From Scyliorhinus canicula (Eukaryota): 64,000 nucleotides of DNA. Positions 13,081-25,162 of the stretch are shown in pieces. A program made the translations under genes and the position numbers. The stretch lies in NCBI RefSeq assembly GCF_902713615.1, contig NW_024055461.1, positions 1,721,877 through 1,785,876 of the forward strand. The letters run 5' to 3'. Position 1 is the stretch's first letter. The number at the start of each line of letters is the position of its first letter. The notes under the pieces were generated by a model. The model saw only the letters and a program-made list of their open reading frames with translations, did not search any database and was not told where the DNA came from.

Positions 13081-13879
13081 GCATTTGTATGATCACATAT
13101 TAATTAATAATGTTTATTGTCACAAGTAGGCTTGCATTGACACTGCAATGAAATTACTGTGAAAAGCCCCTAGTCGCCACACTCCGGTGCCTGTTCGGGT
13201 ACACAGAGGGAGAATTCAGCACGTACAAATTAGTCAGGAATGTAATGGAATACTCTCCACTTTCCTGGATGAGTGCAGCTCCAACTCAAGAAGCTTGACA
13301 CTATCCAGGGCAAAGCAGTCCATTTGCTTGGCACCTAATCCACAAACCCTAATCCACAAACATCCACTCCGTCCAGAACAGTGGCAGCAGTGTGTACCAT
13401 CTACAAAATTCATTGCAGAAACTCAACAAGGCTCCTTCTGCAGCACTTTCCAAACCCACATCCACAAAGGGGTAACGGCAACAGACACATAGAAATCCCA
13501 TCAGCTGCAAGTTCACCTCCAAGCTACTCACCATCCTGAATTGGAAATATGTCACTGTTCCTTCACTGTCACTGGGTCAAAATCCTGGAACTCTCTCCCT
13601 GATAGCACTGTGGCTACATGGAGTGCAGCAGTTCACCAAGGCAGCTCGCCACCACCTGCTCAAGGCAGTTATGGGTGGGCAATAAATACTGGCCTCGCCA
13701 GCGACGCCAACATCATATGAATTAAATTTTTAAATGCAAAAACACTGCAGATGTTCCAGTATCAAAATATAAAGAGCCAATGCTGGACATGCTAATCAAG
13801 TTAGACCGTATCTGTGGAGAGAAAGAAACAGAATTACAACTTCAATTCTGATCTGCGGTTAGTCTCCAATAAATACTTG

Positions 13880-14370
13880 ACTTCCTGTTGATGATGAATG
13901 GTGGACTTATTTCCCACAACCACCCGCGGTCCGGAAACCGCTCTATCCAACTCGCTCATTGCTTAGGCGCTGAGTGCGCATGCTCCAGGGCCAGCCAGCC
14001 GTTGGGCATTCTGGGTAGCTTCTCTGTTCCGAGTCGGAGGAACCGGGAAGTGGTGGCGCAGATGGGCTGCAGTAAACTGGTCAGGATATGGAATCCCAGG
14101 GGGAGCGATGGAGCCAGCTCTGGACGGGGAGAGTTTCTCAACTCCTGAGTGAAGGCCGCAAACCCTAAATAAGACCCTGCGGTACATAGTTTATGGCTTT
14201 GGGTCCTGTGCCTGGTATCAGGCCCGGGTGAACGGCCGCCATGTTGGTTCAGCGAGGAGAAACACGCATGCGTGGCTTCTGGATGACGTAAGAGAGAATG
14301 GGCAGGACTTTCGGGGTCACTTTTCCAGCTGGGTCCTAGTGCCACTGGGAATCTGCATGACGGCAACAGG
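13880..14370. promoter_or_regulatory. CpG-rich candidate promoter between divergent ZF loci
   Basis: GCGCATGC and CGCATGCG (NRF1-like), CCGGAA (ETS-like), GGCCGCCATGTT (YY1-like), TGACGTA; the same YY1 context recurs at other cassette copies. Confidence 0.6.
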
Positions 14371-15406
14371 TGTTTAGCACTGCTGCCTCAGCGACAGGGA
14401 CACAAATTCGAATCCGAGTTTGGGTGAGCATTTGTCTTTGTGAAGTTTTCACTTTCTTCCTGTGTCTGCGTGGGTTTCCTCCCACAGACCAAAGATGTGC
14501 AGGTTAGTTGGGGTTTTGGGGCTAGGGTGGGGGAGTGGGCCGAGGCAGGATGCTCTTTCAGAAGTCAGTGCAGACTCGATGGGCTGAATGGCCTCCAGCA
14601 CTGTGAAGATGCTAATGGGGAGGTTACAGTCCCTGTATACTTACCGGAAGGGGCTGCTCCTAAATGCTTTGTGATACGTTAATTCCACATTCCCAGCTTT
14701 GTTGCACAGAGGGGTCTGCTCCTGATCTGTTTAAAACACCAATTTGTAGATCCAGATGGGGGAGCCCTATGGGGGAGAATGTAGGGCTTCCTGTGGCTGC
14801 TGGCCTCTCTTCTGTGGTCTTGCCCATGCTCAGGTGGCCCTGGAGCAGGACCAAGAGTTGTCTCCCAGCACACTTGATACCTTCCACAACTGTTGTTACC
14901 TCAGGATGCAGAGGCCACAGAAAACAACATTCTGGTTTAGTTTAAACAGTTTTGCTTTGTTTTTGTTGGGATTTTGCTCTCTTTTACTTTGATTGAGCAG
15001 CATATTTGGGGAACCAAGAGATGGAAGAATATTCCATAGAGATTAGAATTATTTGTTCTGAATTTCTATCATGGACTGACAGCGATACTGACACTGTCAA
15101 CTCCTTTTACAGGGCATTGGACAGAGACGATTTGAGACATTCATCATCAGCCTTTGAATATGGAAGGAGAAATGTTTATTTGTGGGAAAGGATCTGAAAC
15201 ATCAGTGTGACTGGCAAAGCACCGAGACATAAACACATACCCGAGTGAGAGTGTTCCAGTGAACTGACTGTAGAAAGAGCTTTAACCAATTACCCAGCCT
15301 GAAAAAACATTGCACCATTTACGTGGGGAGAAACCATACACGTGTTCTGTGTGAGGACAAGGCTTCAACTGATTATCTAACTACGTAACATAAGGACAGT
15401 GGCATC

Positions 15407-16165
15407 ATGGTGAAACCTTGGAAATGTGAGGACTGTGGGAAGGGATTCAGATCCCCATCAGGACTAGAAATTCATCAACGCAGTCATACTGGGGAGAAAC
15501 CATTCATTTGCTGTGTGTGTGGGAATGGATTTGCTGATTCATTTAGACTGGTGTCACACCAGCGAATTCACACTGGAGAGAAACCGTACATTTGCTCACA
15601 GTGTGGGAAGAGCTTCCGGTCTTTATCTAACCTCACTGAACATCTACGGGTTCACACTGGGGAGAGACCATTCCACTGCTCTGACTGCGGGCAGAGATTC
15701 ACTTGTTCTTCCCACCTCACTGATCACAAGCGTGTCCATACTGGTGAGAGGCCGTTCATCTGCTCCGTGTGTGGGAAGGGATTTATTAAATCAGCGAACC
15801 TTCTTGGACACCAGCGTACTCACACTGAAGAGAAAGCATTCATCTGCACTGAGTGTGGGAAGAGTTTCACTCGTTCATCTAGTCTTCGGGATCACCAGCG
15901 AGTTCACACTGGGGAGAAACCCTTTACCTGCGCTGAATGTGGGAAGGGATTTGCTTTGAAATCGCAGCTTCGGTCACATACACTTGTTCACACTAATGAG
16001 AGACCATTTCAATGTTCTGACTGTGAGAAGAGCTTTAAAAGTGGAAGTGATTTGACAAAACACCAGCGAATCCATTCTGGGGAGAAGCCATTCACCTGCC
16101 CTGTGTGCAATAGAGGATTCACTCAGCCATCCGCTCGTCTGAAACACCAGAGAGTTCACATGTGA
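15407..16165 (+). CDS. Intact 9-finger C2H2 zinc-finger protein, 252 aa, no effector domain visible
   Basis: Nine C-x2-C-x12-H-x3-H units with TGEKP-type linkers and no stops; splice acceptor ctccttttacAG ends at 15112; eroded fingers lie upstream in the leader. Confidence 0.9.
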   Translation: MVKPWKCEDCGKGFRSPSGLEIHQRSHTGEKPFICCVCGNGFADSFRLVSHQRIHTGEKPYICSQCGKSFRSLSNLTEHLRVHTGERPFHCSDCGQRFTCSSHLTDHKRVHTGERPFICSVCGKGFIKSANLLGHQRTHTEEKAFICTECGKSFTRSSSLRDHQRVHTGEKPFTCAECGKGFALKSQLRSHTLVHTNERPFQCSDCEKSFKSGSDLTKHQRIHSGEKPFTCPVCNRGFTQPSARLKHQRVHM

Positions 16166-16409
16166 TTACAGGGATTTGATTCCTACACCCAGGAATGAAC
16201 AATGTTCATTCTGACAGTTCAGATTTATTTCCATTGATGTTAAACTCCAGCCCAGTGAAAGGAATTAATAGAATGGACATGAATTATATTGGACGTGAAT
16301 TGTATTAAACACCCAGTATTGGGAGTCCTTGATTTCTCTAAGATAAGAGGAGACTGATTGATGTCCTATTACCGACTGTTCCATTGTTGGGTCTTTTCTC
16401 TTTTGTTAA

Positions 16410-17440
16410 TGGAAGACTTGTATTTATATAGCGCCTCTCACAACTTCAGGATGGCCCAAAGTGCTTTACAGTCAAGTTCTTTTGAATTGTAGTCACTGTT
16501 GTGATGTAGGAAATGCAGCAGCCAGATTGTGTACAACAGGCTCCAACAAACACAAATAAGATGCTGGAAATACTCAGCAGGTCAGGCAGCATCTGTGAAG
16601 CAAGAAAGTGAGTTCAAAACAGAACTATGATTATGACCAGATTATCTGTTCAGTGTTCATCACCGAGGGCTTTATAGTGAGCAGTTCACCCGAGAGAACT
16701 TCCTCCTTCAAAATATCATCAGCAGAACCTTTATGTCGAGCTGCAAGAGCAGATGGGGTGAGATTGGAAGGTTTCCTCTGAAAGACAGTGCAGTATTCCC
16801 TCAGTACAGCGCTGTATTCCCTCAGGACAGTGCTGTATTCCCTCAGTACACTGCTGTACTCCCTCAGTGCTGTATTCCCTCAGTACAGTGCAGTATTCCC
16901 TCAGTACAGTGCTGTACTCCCTCAGTACAGTGCTGTATTCCCTCGGTACGGTGCTGTATTCCCTCGGTACGGTGCTGTATTCCCTCAGTACGGTGCTGTA
17001 TTCCCTCAGTACGGTGCTGTATTCCCTCAGGACAGTGCTGTATTCCCTCAGTACGGTGCTGTATTCCCTCAGTACAGGGCTGTACTCCCTCAGTGCTGTA
17101 TTCCCTCAGTACAGTGCAGTATTCCCTCAGTACAGTGCTGTACTCCCTCAGTACAGTGCTGTATTCCCTCAGTACAGCGCTGTATTCCCTCAGTACAGCG
17201 CTGTATTCCCTCAGTACAGTGCTGTACTCCCTCAGTACCGTGCTGTATTCCCTCAGTACAGTGCTGTATTCCCTCAGTACAGTGCTGTATTCCCTCAGTA
17301 CAGCGCTGTACTCCCTCAGTACAGTGCTGTACTCCCTCAGTACAGCATCGCAATACCAGCTGGGCTTTATGGTTGGGTTTCTGGAGGCGAAGTTGAACCC
17401 ACATCCTCCTGACTCAGAGATGGGAATGTAACCACTGAAC
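16410..17440 (-). mobile_element. DeuSINE (SacSINE1-like) element hosting a minisatellite
   Basis: tatttatatagcgcc tail on the left, Deu-domain-like gacagtgcag...ccctcagtac, and tRNA-like head remnant ttgaacccacatcctcctgactcagag on the right. Confidence 0.65.
16784..17345. repeat. 21-bp minisatellite (CAGTGCTGTATTCCCTCAGTA), about 27 copies
   Basis: Direct tandem array; it explains the repetitive ORFs in several frames. Confidence 0.97.
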
Positions 17441-18070
17441 GATAACCCCTCATCATTAACTCGAGTTTATTTCCGTTCTCACATCTTTGGTTGTTCTCCT
17501 GAATACATTAACCCATTGAATCATGCAGGGGGGATGAACAATAGTCTTTACAGACACCTAGAAGTGGGAGTAGGTAGTAAATTTCAGTAGAAATTATTCA
17601 TTTCCAGACAAGTTCCATTTTATAAGCGAACACGATCGAGGAAGCCATTTTGAGACTAATATTTACCTGAATGGGGCATTTAGTATCCAGCTATTAACCA
17701 ATTGTATTAATCAATGAAGTGTATGCATTACTCACCAATCAGAAACAAATAGTGATCGTCAATTGATTTTAATTGAAGATTTAATAATCAGTTTGTAGTA
17801 TGTGTTAAAAGACTGGGTTATACCTGAAACTAATGTCAGCCTGTTTTAAATTCTGTACTCCAGCTTCTGTAAGAAGAAATGTATGATTTGATAAGATGGT
17901 TAGCAGTGAGGCTTCATGCTCTTGGTAACCTTTTTGAGATGGAAGGTCATACAATGAATTGAAGACTTGTGCAGGATCAGATAGGAGGGATACATTAAAC
18001 AATCCCATTATATCTCGATCTGAGACATTCACCCAAATGGTTAAAAAACAATTAAAATGATTCAGTAATG

Positions 18071-21000
18071 GAGGCCGGCGGCGGCTAAGGTGTTGAGGGG
18101 ATTTATGGACCAGATGGAGGGGTGGATCCCTGGAGGTTTGCGAGGCCAAGGGCCAGGGAGTACTCGTTTTTCTCCCATGTACATACGGCCTACTCAAGGA
18201 TTGATTTTTTTTGTCCTGAGCAGGGGGTTGGTGTCGAGGGTGGAGGAGGTGGAATACTCTGCCATTGCCATTTCGGATCATGCCCCGCACTGGATGGACC
18301 TCGGGCTGGGGGAAGAGAGGGACCAACGTCCGCTCTGGCGCTTGGAGGTGGGGCTGATGGCAGATGAGGAGATGGCCGAGAGGGTTCGGGGATGTATCGA
18401 GAGGTACCTTGAGGCCAATGATAACGGGGAGGTTTGGGTGGGGACGGTCTGGGAGGCATTGAAGGCGGTGATGAGGGGGGAATTGATCTCCATCCGAACC
18501 CATAGGGAGAGGGGGGAGCAGAGGGAGAGAGTGATAGGGGAGATGGTGCGGGTGGATAGGAGATATGCAGAGGCCCCAGAGGAGGGATTGCTGGGGGAGA
18601 GGCATAGCCTTCAGGCCAGATTCGACCTATTGACTACCAGAAAGGCGGAAGCTCAGTGGAGGAAAGCACAGGGGGTGGCGTATGAATACGGGGAGAAAGC
18701 GAGCAGGATGCTGGCACACCAGCTCTGGAAGCGAGATGCGGCCAGGGAGATTGGGGGAGTGACGGATGGGGCTGGGAAGGTGGTGCGGAGGGGAGTAGAT
18801 GTTAATGCGGTCTTCAGTGACTTCTATGGGGAACTGTACCGGTCGGAGCCCCCGGTGGAGGGGGTGGAATGGGGCGCTTCTTGGACAAGCTGCGATTCCC
18901 GAGGGTGGAGGAGGAGCAGGTGGAGGGACTAGGGGCGCCGATCGAGCTGGAGGAGGTGGTCAAAGGGATAGGGAGCATGCAGTCGGGGAAGGCGCCGGGG
19001 CCAGACGGGTTTCCGGCGGAATTTTATAAAAGGTATTTGGACCTGTTGGGCCCCCTGTTGGTCCGGACCTTTAACGAGGCAAGGGAGGGGGTGCTTTGCC
19101 CCCAACTATGTCACGGGCGCTGATTTCCTTGATCCTGAAGCGGGACAAGGACCCTCTGCATATAGGCCGATTTCGCTGCTGAACGTCGATGCTAAGCTGC
19201 TGGCAAAGATCCTGGCCACTACAATAGAGGATTGCGTGTCCGGGGTCATTCGTGAGGACCAGACGGGGTTTGTGAAGGGAAGGCAGTTGAATACAAACAT
19301 ACGAAGGCTCCTCAATGTTATTATGATGCCGGCTGTGGAAGGGGAGGCGGAGATAGTGGTGGCATTAGATGCGGAGAAGGCCTTCGATAGGGTTGAGTGA
19401 GAGTATTTGTGGGAGGTGTTGGAGAGGTTTGGGTTTGGGGAGGGGTTTATCCGGTGGGTGAGGCTGCTCTACGAGGCCCCGATGGCGAGTGTAGCCACAA
19501 ATAGGAGGAGGTCGGAGTACTTTCGGCTGTACAGGGGGACGAGACAGGGGTGCCCCCTGTCCCCCTTGCTCTTCGCGTTTGCGATTGAGCCCCTGGCCAT
19601 GGCATTGAGGGAGTCAGGGAACTGGAGGGGCCTGGTGAGGGGTGGGGAGGAGCATCGAGTGTCGCTGTACGCGGACGACCTGTTGCTGTATGTGGCGGAC
19701 CCGGTGGGGGGGATGCCGGAGGTGATGAGGATTCTTAGTGAATTCGGGGGTTTCTCTGGGTATAAGTTGAACTTGTGCAAGAGTGAGGTGTTTGTGGTGC
19801 ATCCGGGGGATCAAGAGGAGGGGATTGGTAGGCTCCCATTGAAGCAGACAGGGAAGAGCTTCAGGTACCTAGGGGTCCAGGTGGCGGGGAGCTGGGGGGC
19901 CCTGCACAAGCTCAACCTCACAAGGTTGGTGGAGCAGATGGAGGAGGAGTTTAAGAGGTGGATATGTTACCGCTGTCACTGGCGGGGAGGGTGCAGTCCG
20001 TTAAGATGACGGTGCTCCCGAGGTTTTTGTTCCTGTTCCAGTGCCTTCCCATCCTTATCCTGAAGGCCTTTTTTAGGAGTGTCAACAGGAGTATCACGGG
20101 ATTTGTGTGGGCGCATGGGACTCCGAGGGTGAGAAGAGTGAGTGTTCCTGGAACGAGGCAGGGATTGGGGGGGGGGGGGGGGGGGCTGGCGTTGCCCAAC
20201 CTCTGTGGGTACTATTGGGCTGTCAACGCAGCGATGGTGAGTAAGTGGGTAATGGATGAGGAAGGGGCAGCTTGGAAGAGGATGGAGGCGGCATCTTGTG
20301 TGGGCACGAGCCTGGAGGCGCTGGTAATGGCGCCGTTGCCGCTCCCTCCAACGAGGTATACCACGAGCCCGGTGGTGGCGGCTACACTCAAAATTTGGGG
20401 GCAATGGAGACGGCACAGGGGAGAAGTGGGGGGCTCGATGGAGGCCCCGATACGGAGAAGCCATCGGTTTGTCCCAGGGAGCATTGATGGCGGATTTCTG
20501 GGCTGGCACAGGGCAGGGGTTAGGAGGTTGAGGGACCTGTTTGTGGAGGGGAGGTTCGCGAGCTTGGGGGAGTTAGAGGGGAAGTTTGGGCTCCCCCCGG
20601 GGAACATGTTTAGGTACATGCAGGTGAGGGCGTTTGCCAGACAGCAGGTGGAGGGGTTCCCCCTGCTGCCCCCACGAGGGGTGCGGGATCGGTTGCTCTC
20701 AGGGGTGTGGGATGGAGGATTTCAGACATATACCGGGTAATGCAGGAGGTAGACGAGGCCTCGGTGGAGGAACTGAAGGGTAAATGGGAAGAGGAGCTGA
20801 GTGAGGAGATTGAGGAGGGGACGTGGGCGGATGCCCTGGAGAGAGTGAATTCCTCCTCTTCCTGTGCGAGGCTTAGCCTCAGACAGTTCAAGGTGCTGCA
20901 TAGTGCCCACGTGACTGGGACGAGGTTGAGTAGGTTTTTCGGGGGCGAGGACAGGTGTGCTATGTGGTCGGGGAGCCCAGCGAACCACGCCCATATGTTT

Positions 21001-21592
21001 TGGGCGTGTTCAGAGTTGGGGGAGTTTTGGAAGGGGGTAGCAAGGACGGTGTCGAGGGTGGTGGGATCCAGCGTCGAGCCAGGCTGGGGACTCGCAATTT
21101 TTGTGGTTGCAGTGGAGCCGGGAGTGCAGGAGGCGATAGAGGCCGGTGTCCTGGCCTTTGCGTCCCTAGTAGCCCAGAGGATCTTGCTCCAATAGAAGGA
21201 TGTGAGGCCCCCAAGCGTGGAGGCCTGGATCAATGATATGGCAGGGTTCATTAAATTGGAGAAGGTGAAATTTGCCCTGAGGGGATCAGTACAAGGGTTT
21301 TTCAGGCGGTGGCAGCCTTTCCTGGACTCCCTGGCGGAACGGTAGGGAAATAGGCCGACAGCAGCAGCAACCCGGGGGGGGGGGGGGGGGTTTGGATCGG
21401 GGGGAGGGAGAACTGTGTACATGGGTCTGTGGGATGTGGCGGGTGCTATCTCTTTCCCTTTTGTTGTTTGGGTTTTTTTTCCTTTTGTTTGAAGTTGGGA
21501 GGGTATTGTTCTTGGGGTGTTACCGCGGTTGTTTGTTAAGAGTTAAGATGTTTATATTTTGTAAAAATTTCAATAGAAATTTTTTTTTTTTT
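18071..21592 (+). mobile_element. 5'-truncated L1-clade LINE (end of endonuclease, RT, C-terminus)
   Basis: 16-bp TSD AAATGATTCAGTAATG at 18055-18070 and 21593-21608; GKAPGPDGF, RGTRQGCPLSP and SLYADD motifs; several stops and frameshifts. Confidence 0.96.
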
Positions 21593-21754
21593 AAATGATT
21601 CAGTAATGAAATTGACCAACCATTGAGTTCTAACCAGTTTATTCAAACTGAGGGAGGAGCTACTTAAGGATTTAAAACCCGAGGAGAAGGTCCATTGTCA
21701 GCCAAGTACTGGAATCCCCAAAGCAAGATTCCCATCAGAATTGTTGTCAAAAAG

Positions 21755-21970
21755 GCAGCACGGTGGGGCATTGGTTAACATTGCTGCCTCACGGCGCTGA
21801 GGTCCTAGGTTCGATCCCAGCTCTGGGTCACTGACCATGTGGAGTTTGCACCTTCTGCCCTGTTTTGCTCCCACAACCCAGAGAGGTGCAGGCTAAGTGG
21901 ATTGGCCACGCTAAGTTGCCCCTTAATTGGAAAAAAATGAATTGCATACTCTTTTTAAAAAAAAAAAAGA
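21755..21970 (+). mobile_element. V-SINE, A-tailed subfamily
   Basis: Head, core and A tail; AATTGTTGTCA repeated on both flanks. Confidence 0.88.
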
Positions 21971-22064
21971 AATTTTTTTAAATAATTGTTGTCAGGAAAT
22001 GATACAAGAGGGATTATGTTTATACAGCCTGATCAGCCAAGAGAAATGGAAACAGTCTGTTTTG

Positions 22065-22658
22065 TATCGACAAGTTGACCCTTTTCCTTCTGTGTTGATC
22101 AGTTTCCCCTTTTCCTTCTGTATCGATCAGTTTACCCTTTTCCTTCTGTATCGATCAGTTTACCCTTTTCCTTCTGTATCGATCAGTTTACCCTTTGCCT
22201 TCCATATCGATCAGTTTCCCCTTTTCCTTCTGTATCGATCAGTTTACCCTTTTCCTTCCGTATCGATCAGTTTACCCTTTTCCTTCCGTATCGATCAGTT
22301 TACCCTTTTCCTTCCGTATCGATCAGTTTACCCTTTTCCTTCTGTATCGATCAGTTTCCACTTTTCCTTCCGTATCGATCAGTTTACCCTTTTCCTTCCG
22401 TATCGATCAGTTTCCCCTTTTCCTTCCCTATCGATCAGTTTACCCTTTTCCTTCCGTATCGATCAGTTTACCCTTTTCCTTCCGTATCGATCAGTTTCCC
22501 CTTTTCCTTCTGTATCGATCAGTTTACCCTTTTCCTTCCCTATCGATCAGTTTCCCCTTTTCCTTCTGTATCGATCAGTTTTCCCTTTTCCTTCCCTATC
22601 GATGAGTTTCCCCTTTTCCTTCTGTATCGATCAGTTTCCCGTTTTCCTTCTGTATTGA
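22065..22658. repeat. 28-bp minisatellite (TGTATCGATCAGTTTACCCTTTTCCTTC), about 21 copies
   Basis: Direct tandem array with more degenerate outer units. Confidence 0.97.
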
Positions 22659-22795
22659 TATGTATCTTTATTTTAAATAAATTTATTTCAATTTAACATC
22701 TGAAATTCCTGTCCTTCCTAATCATTAAAAGTCTTGTTCAAACTAAAACAATTGAGTAAACTATTTACAAACACTGGTGGATTGGTTGGTTGAAA

Positions 22796-23690
22796 TAAGA
22801 ACAATACAGCACAGGAACAGGCCCTTCGGCCCTCCAAGCCTGTACCGGTCATTATACTAACATTTGCCAGAACCCTCAGCACTTCGTTGTGCCATATCCC
22901 TCCATACCCATCCTATCCATGTGTTTCTCAAGATGCCTTTTGAACGCCGTTAATGTAGCTGCTTCCACAACCTCCCCTGGCAATGCATTCCAGGCACTCA
23001 CCACCCTCTGCATAAAGAAACCTGCCTCTCACATCTCTAAACTTTGCCCCATGGACCTTAAATATATGCCCCCTGGTCACTGACCCCTCCACCCTGGGAG
23101 AGAGTGCCTGCCCATCCACTCTATCCATGCTCCTCGTAATCTTGTAGACCTCGATCAGGTCATCCCTCAACCTCCCTCTTTCTAATGAAAGTCCGTGTCT
23201 ATTCAGCCTCTCCACATGGCTAACACCCTCCAGACCAGGCAGCATCCTGGTAAACCTCCTATGCACCCTCTCCAAAGTCTCCACATCCTTCTGGTAGTGT
23301 GGTGACCAGAATTGTGCACAATATTCCAAGTGCTAACTAGAGCATGACTTGCCAGTTTTTATACTCGATGCCCCATCCAATGAAGGTCAGCATTCCGTAT
23401 GCTTTCTTGACTAACTTGCCCACTTGTGTTGCCACCTTCAAAGATCTGTGGACCTGCACGCTCAGATCTCTCTGACTTTCTATATTCCTAAGAGTTTTGT
23501 CATTTACAGTATTACCTCACATTTGGCCGGTTTAAACTCCATTTCTCTGCCCAAGTCTCCACCCTATCTATGTCCTGCTGGATTTTCTGACGATCCTTAA
23601 CATGATCTGCCACTCCGCCAATCTTGGTGTCATCCGCAAACTTACTTGTCAGACCGGCTACATTTTCCTCCAAATCGTTTATGTATACGA
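22796..23690 (-). mobile_element. CR1-clade LINE 3' part
   Basis: ORF 22928..23329 (EYCAQFWSPH..LERVHRRFTRMLPGL); KFADD near 23630-23645; CR1 3' tail. Confidence 0.93.
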
Positions 23691-23789
23691 CAAATATACG
23701 TTTTAATATGAGATCACCTGAAAGTCTGAATTGTCTGCATTGGATGGAGCCCTTGCAGCCTCATGTGAGGATAGCGGTGTGAGTGTGCA

Positions 23790-23963
23790 GATGAAATGAA
23801 ATGAAAATCGCTTGTCACGAGTAGGCTTCAATGAAGTTACTGTGAAAAGCCCCTAGCTGCCAAATTCCGGTGCCTGTCCGGGGAGGCTGGTACGGGAATC
23901 GAACCGTGCTGCTGGCCTGCTTTAAAAGCCAGCGATTTAGCCCAGTGAGCTAAACCAGCCCCC
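23790..23963 (-). mobile_element. Short tRNA-headed SINE (other copies at 36245-36447, 47098-47232, 48590-48712)
   Basis: ggggctggtttagctca head, ggttcgattccc B box, tail ctagggcttttcacagtaacttcattgaagcctac followed by (atttc)n. Confidence 0.8.
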
Positions 23964-24059
23964 GATGTGATTTGTCAAATGTAAAATAACTCATGAAGAA
24001 ATGTTTTGTGAAATTCACTGAAGAACTGTGTCCTAGGCCAAACTAGTTTCAGTTGATGC

Positions 24060-24490
24060 TTTATCAATGGCCGTACTCCCATGATAAGGTCAGAAATGGG
24101 GATGCTCGCTGATGACTGCACAATGTTCACCATTTGCGACTCCTCAGTTACTGAAGCAGTCCATGGCCAAATGCAGCAAGATAATATCTAGGCTTGTACT
24201 GACAAGTGGTAAGTAACATTTGTGTCTCTCAAGTGGCAGACTGTGTCATCTCCAACAAGAGAGGATCTAACCTTGACATTTAATAGCATTACTATCACTA
24301 AATCCCTCACTGGCAACACCCTAGGGATTGCCATTGACCAGAAACCAAACTGGACTAGCCATAAATATTGTGGCTACAAGAGCAGATCAAAGGTGTGTAA
24401 CTCATCTCCTGACTCCCTAAAGCATGTGCACCATCTACAAGACACAAATCAGGAGTGTAATGGAATACTCCACTTGTCTGGATGGGTAAT
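24060..24490 (+). mobile_element. Degraded LINE RT/3' fragment, probably CR1-like; related piece at 13220-13730
   Basis: GMLADDCTMF resembles the FADD motif; shares caggagtgtaatggaatactc with the 13235 region. Confidence 0.6.
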
Positions 24491-25162
24491 AATAATAATC
24501 TTTATTAGTGTCACAAGTAGGCTTACATTAACACTGCATCACAGAGAATGTATGAATGTTGTAAATTACCGCAGGAATCGGAAGCCTTCAATTTAAAAAA
24601 ATTTTTAAGTACCCAATTCTTTTTGTTCCAATTAAGAGGCAATTTAGCATGACACATTCATCTGCCCTGCACATCTTTAGGTTGTGGGGGTGAGATGCGT
24701 GCAGACACGAGGAGAATGTGCAAACTCCACACAGTCAGTGACCCAGGGTCGGGATCGAACCTGGGACCTCGGCACCATGAGGCAACAGGGCTAACCCACT
24801 GCAGCAACGTACTCCCCTAGTTTTAGTATCTTACTACAATGTGTAATCAAGAAATTAGGCAAACCAGCTCCAGTGTAGAAATCAGTTGTGAGAAGTCAAT
24901 AAGAATAAACAGAGGTCACAGCCAAGGAGAATCTAGAACAATGCCAGAGACAAACAGAGGTCACAGCCAAGGAGAATCTAGAACAGTGCTCCGCTTTCCT
25001 CCCACAAGTCCTGAAAGACATGCTCGTTGGGTGAATTGGACATTCTGAATTCTCCCCGTGTACCCGAACAGCTGCTGGAGTGTGGCAACTAGGGGGTTTT
25101 CACAACAACCTCATTGCAGTGTTAATGTAAGCCTACTGTGACAATAATAAAGATTATTATTA

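Noticed and set aside
15255-15272. TGA at a Cys position (FQ*TDC) suggesting a selenocysteine UxxC finger
   Set aside because: The surrounding leader has other stops and frameshifts, one copy has TGG, and no SECIS was identified; shared ancestry of a dead finger is simpler.
16733-17431. Cys-rich and other repetitive ORFs of 100-230 aa
   Set aside because: Artefacts of a stop-free 21-bp tandem repeat that is open in several frames.
21927-22658. 243-aa Phe/Pro/Ser-rich ORF; CRISPR-like look of the array
   Set aside because: 28-bp unit with no unique spacers and not a multiple of three; eukaryotic context.
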